From: the human T2T-CHM13v2.0 reference genome, Homo sapiens | NCBI RefSeq assembly: GCF_009914755.1 | Contig: NC_060930.1 | Strand: one strand, 5' to 3' | DNA: 64,000 bases | Part shown: positions 59,455 to 64,000 of the stretch, one piece after another | How the letters are laid out: each line of letters starts with the position of its first letter | Numbering within the stretch: position 1 is the first letter of the stretch | Notes under the pieces: model-generated | What the model saw: the letters and a program-made list of their open reading frames with translations, nothing else | Told to the model about the DNA's origin: nothing | Databases searched by the model: none | Translations under genes and position numbers: made by a program

Positions 59455-59925
59455 ATTACTTTCCTATGACTGGTGTAACACATTTCTCCAAACTTAGTGA
59501 CTTAAAACAATACAGGTTTATCCTATAGCTTGAGAGATCAGAAGTCCCAAATGGGTCTTACTATGCTAAAATCAAGGTTTTGGCAGAATTGCATTCCTTC
59601 TGGAGGCTCTAGGAGAAAATTTCCTTGCATTTTCCAGTTTCTAGAGGTTGCAGTATTCCTTGGTGTGCGGCTGCACTTCATCTGCAAAGCCAGCAATGGT
59701 TGGTCTAGTCCTTCTGATATGGGATGATTCTGACCTCCTCTATGGCCTACCTCTGCCATATTTAAAGGATACTTGTGATTACATTGTACGCACACAGATA
59801 TTCCAGAATAATCGCCTTAATTCCACTGCAACACTAATTCTCCTTTGCTATATAAGCTAACATATTTATAGGTTCTAGGGATTAGGATATAGACATTTAT
59901 GGGGACCATTAATCGGACTTCCACG
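59455..59925 (-). mobile_element. MLT1C/D-type LTR
   Basis: ccttctggaggctctaggagaaaat; ctgcaaagccagcaatg. Confidence 0.8.
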
Positions 59926-60570
59926 TAACTCCAGTATTTAGTGTAATTTATCATATCCTCCCAGACTTATTTTTGGACTAAAATATATTTCAACTTTAAA
60001 AAATGTCTTGGTAGGAAGAGCCAGAAGATAAAGACACACATGAAGAAAACTTTCCCTAGAAGAGATCCAGAGAACCACTTGGAGTTGATACTGGGAATGG
60101 GGAAGAGAAGTGATACAAAGATTTCATTGGCAAATCTGAACAACTGATGGCATATGAAGAAAAGGAAAAGGAGTCAAAGCTGGACTTAAGGCTTGGTACC
60201 TAAAACTTGGAAAGATAGTAGTGCCCTGAACAGAAACAGGAAAGTCAGGAGAAAGCTTAGCTTGAGTGAGGGCAAGGGTGGGAAGGGACTTTGATAAATT
60301 CACTGGCAAAACCTCTAGGTGGAGCTGTCCAACAGGTGATTAGATATGTGAAGTTGTTGATCAGGCAAAAATTCAGATAGCAGATCTGGAATTGAGATAC
60401 GATTTGGAGTCACAGTCATAGGAATAAAATCAAAGCCATAAAGATGGATGAAATTGCCAAAGTAGAAAGTAAAATGAGAATATTGACAGCAGAAACTTAG
60501 AAAAACCTTAACAGCCTGAAGAAGTTGCTAGTGAGGTCAAAGATCCAATATAATAGAACCATATTGATTC

Positions 60571-63500
60571 CATTCCAAGATGGCCAAATAGGAACAGCTC
60601 TGGTCTGCAGCTCCCAGCGTGATCGATGCAGAAGATGGAGATTTCTGCATTTCCAACTGAGGTACCTGGTTCATCTCATTGGGACTGGTTGGACAGTGGG
60701 TGCAGTCCATGGAGGGTGAGCCGAAGCAGGGTGGGGCATCCCTTCACCCCAGAAGCGCAAGGGGTTGGGGGATTTCCCTTTCCTGGCCAAGGGAAGCTGT
60801 GACAGACTGTACCTGGAAAATCAGGACAATCCTGCCCAAATACTGAGCTTTTCCAATGGTCTTAGCAAACGGCACACCAGGAGATTATATCCTGCACCTG
60901 GCTTGGTGGGTCCCACACCCACGGACCCTTGCTCACTGCTAGCACAGCAGTCTGAGATCAACCTGCCAGGCAGCAGCTTGGCAGGGGCAGGGGCGTCCAC
61001 CATTGCTGAGGTTTGAGTAGGTAAACAAAGTGGCAAGGGAAGCTCGAACTGGGCGGACGCCACCGCAGCTCTGCAAGGCCTGCTGCCTCTGTAGACCCCA
61101 CCTCTGGGGGCAGGGCATAGCTGAACAAAAGGCAGCAGAAACTTCTGCAGACTTAAACGTCTCTGTCTGACAACTCTGAAGAGAGCAGTGGTTCTCCCAG
61201 CATGGTGTTTGAGCTCTGAGAATGGATAGACTGCCTCTTCAAGTGGGTCCCTGACCCCCGTGTAGCCTAACTGGGCAACACCTCCCAGTAGGGGCCAACT
61301 GACACCTCATACAGGTGCCCCTCTGGGACAAAGCTTCCAGAGGAAGGATCAGGCAGCAATATTTGCTGTTCTGCAATATTTGCTGTTCTGCAACCTCTGC
61401 TGGTGAAAACCAGGCAAACAGGGTCTGGAGTGGACCTCCAGCAAACTCCAACAGACCTGTAGCTGAAGGACCTGACTCTTAGAAAGAAAACTAACAAACA
61501 GAAAGGAATAGCATCAACATCAACAAAAGGGACATCCACACCAAAACCCCATCTGTAGGTCAAGCATCAAAGACCAAAGGTAGATAAAACCAGAAAGATG
61601 GGGAGAAACCAGGGCAGAAAAGCTGAAAATTCTAAAAACCAGACCATCTCTTGTCCTCCAAAGGATCGCAGCTCCTCACCAGCAACAGAACAAAGCTGGA
61701 CGGAGAATGATTTTGACGAGCTGACAGAAGTAGGCTTCAGAAGGTCGGTAATAACAAACTTCTCCGAGCTAAAGGAGGATGTTCGAACCCATCAGGAGGA
61801 AGCTAAAAACCTTGAAAACAGATTAGATGAATGGCTAACTAGAATAAACACTGTAGAGAAAACCTTAAATTACCTGATGGAGCTGAAAACCATGGCATGA
61901 GAACTACGTGATGCATGCACAAGCTTCAATAACCAATTCAATCAACTGGAAGAAAGGGTATCAGTGATTGAAGATTAAATTAATGAAATAAAGTGAGAGG
62001 AGAAGTTTAGAGAAAAAAGAGTAAAAAGAAATCAACAAAGCCTCCAAGAAATATGGGACTATGTTAAAAGACCAAATCTACATTCAATTGGTGTACCTGA
62101 AAGTGACGGGGAGAATGGAACCAAGTTGGAAAACACTCTTCAGGATATTAGACAGGAGAATTTCCCCAACCTAGCAAGGCAGGCCAACATTCAAATTCAG
62201 GAAATGCGGAGAACACCACAAAGATACTCCTCGAGAAGAGCAGCCCCAAGACACATAGTTGTCACATTCACCAAGGTTGAAATGAAGGAAAAAATGTTAA
62301 GGGCAGCCAGAGAGAAAGGTCAGGCTACCCACAAAGCAAAGAACATCAGACTAACAGTGGATCTCTTGGCAGAAACTCTACAAGCCAGAAGAGAGTGGGG
62401 GCCAATATTCAACAATCTTAAAGAAAAGAATTTTCAACCCAGAATTTCATATCCAGCCAAACTAAGCTTCATAAGTGAAGAAGAAAGAAAATCCTTTACA
62501 GACAAGCAAATGCTGAGAGATTTGTCACCACCAGGCCTGCCTTACAAGAGCTCCTGAGGGAAGCAATAAACATGGAAAGGAACAACCAGTACCAGCCACT
62601 GCAAAAACATGCCAAAGTGTAAAGACCATCGATGCTAGGAAGAAACTGCTTCAACTAATGGGCAAAATAACCAGCTAACATTATAATCACAGGATCAAAT
62701 TCACACATAACAATATTAACCTTAAATGCAAATGGGCTAAATGCCCAATTAAAAGACACGGACTGGCAAATTGGATAAAGAGTCAAGACTCCTCAGTGTG
62801 CTGTATTCAGGAGACCCATGTCACGTGCAGAGACACACATAGGCTCAAAATAAAAGGATGGAAGAAGATCTACCAAGCACACGGAAAGCAAAAAAAAAGC
62901 AGGGGTTGCAATCCTAGTCTCTGATAAAACAGACTTTAAACCAACAAAGATCAAAAGAGACAAAAAAGGCCATTATATAATGACAAAGGGATCAATTCAA
63001 CAAGAAGAGCTAACTATCCTAAATATATACGCACCCAATACAGGAGCACCTAGACTCATAAGGCAAGTCCTTAGAGACCTACAAAGAGACTTAGACTCCC
63101 ACATAATAATAGTGGGAGACTTTAACACCCCACTGTCAATATTAGACAGATCAACGAGACAGAAGGTTAACAAGGATATCCAGGAATTTAACTCAGCTCG
63201 GCACCAAGTGGACCTAACAGACATCTACAGACCTCTTCACCCCAAATCAGCAGAATATACATTCTTCTCAGCACTACACCGCACTTATTCCAAAATTGAC
63301 CACATAGTTGGAAGTAAAGCACTCTTCAGCAAATGTAAAAGAAAGAAATTATAACAAACTGTCTCTCAGACTACAGTGCAATCAAACTAGAACTCAGGAT
63401 TAAGAAACTCACTCAAAACCACTCAACTACATGGAAACTGAACAACCTGCTCCTGAATGACTACTGGGTACATAACGAAATGAAGGCAGAAATAAACATG

Positions 63501-64000
63501 TTCTTTGAAACCAATGAGAACAAAGACACAGCATACGAGAATCTCTGGGACACATTTAAAGCAGTGTGTAGAGGGAAATTTATAGCGCCAAATGCTCACA
63601 AGAGAAAGCAGGAAAGATCTAAAATCGACACCCTAACATCACAATTAAAAGAACTAGAGAAGCAAGAGGAAACACATTGAAAAGCTAGCAGAAGGCAAGA
63701 AATAACTAAGATCAGAGTAGAACTGAAGAAGATAGAGACACAAAACCCCGTTCAAAAAGAATCAATGAATCCAGGAGCTGTTTTTTTGAAAACATCAACA
63801 AAATTGATAGACTGCTAGCAAGACTAATAAAGAAGAAAAGAGGAAGAATCAAATAGATGCAATAAAAAATGATAGAGGGGATATCACCACCGATCCTACA
63901 GAAATACAAACTACCATCAGAGAACACTATAAACACCTCTACACAAATATACTGGAAAATCTAGAGGAAATGGATAAATTCCTGGACACATACACCCTCC
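60571..64000 (+). mobile_element. LINE-1 (older L1PA, roughly PA5-PA8), 5' UTR intact, runs off the window; inactive
   Basis: caagatggcc (YY1) start; about 1 kb 5' UTR; ORF1 remnant 61598-62622 with stops; 63-nt spacer; ORF2 start mutated to ATC at 62686; endonuclease motifs (ILNIYAPN, GDFNTPLS, YSKIDH) with frameshifts. Confidence 0.97.

Noticed and set aside
61356-61393. 17-bp tandem duplication gcaatatttgctgttct in the L1 5' UTR
   Set aside because: I recall it as a feature of older L1PA consensus sequences, so it is not locus-specific.
61598-64000. Active L1 ORF1/ORF2
   Set aside because: Multiple stops and frameshifts; ORF2 ATG is mutated to ATC.

Overview
Primate, almost certainly human, genomic DNA containing the complete CGA gene (glycoprotein hormone common alpha subunit of hCG/LH/FSH/TSH) on the minus strand. 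CGA has 4 exons (about 6254-15837), a 116-aa CDS, an in-frame 93-nt AluJ-derived cassette exon in intron 2, and a classical promoter (TATA, E-boxes, CCAAT, tandem 18-bp CRE, GATA, SF-1/GSE, PGBE). The upstream 48 kb is mostly transposable-element debris: about 25 Alus, MaLR/ERVL/ERV1 LTRs, a decayed MER34/MER4-group provirus with an env remnant, Tigger/Charlie DNA elements, L1/L2/MIR fragments and a 5'-intact but dead L1PA at the right edge. It also holds a full-length reticulocalbin-1 (RCN1) processed pseudogene that kept a CpG island, and a 1.65-kb TA-rich array. I found no convincing new biological system. The best leads are the CpG-rich RCN1 retrocopy pointing toward CGA, the 25-bp templated copy at the edge of the TA array, a candidate distal pituitary enhancer near -4.4 kb, and a repeat-poor, possibly coding-derived block downstream of CGA. 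Repeat subfamily names are from recall of consensus sequences, not database searches, and repeat boundaries are approximate.
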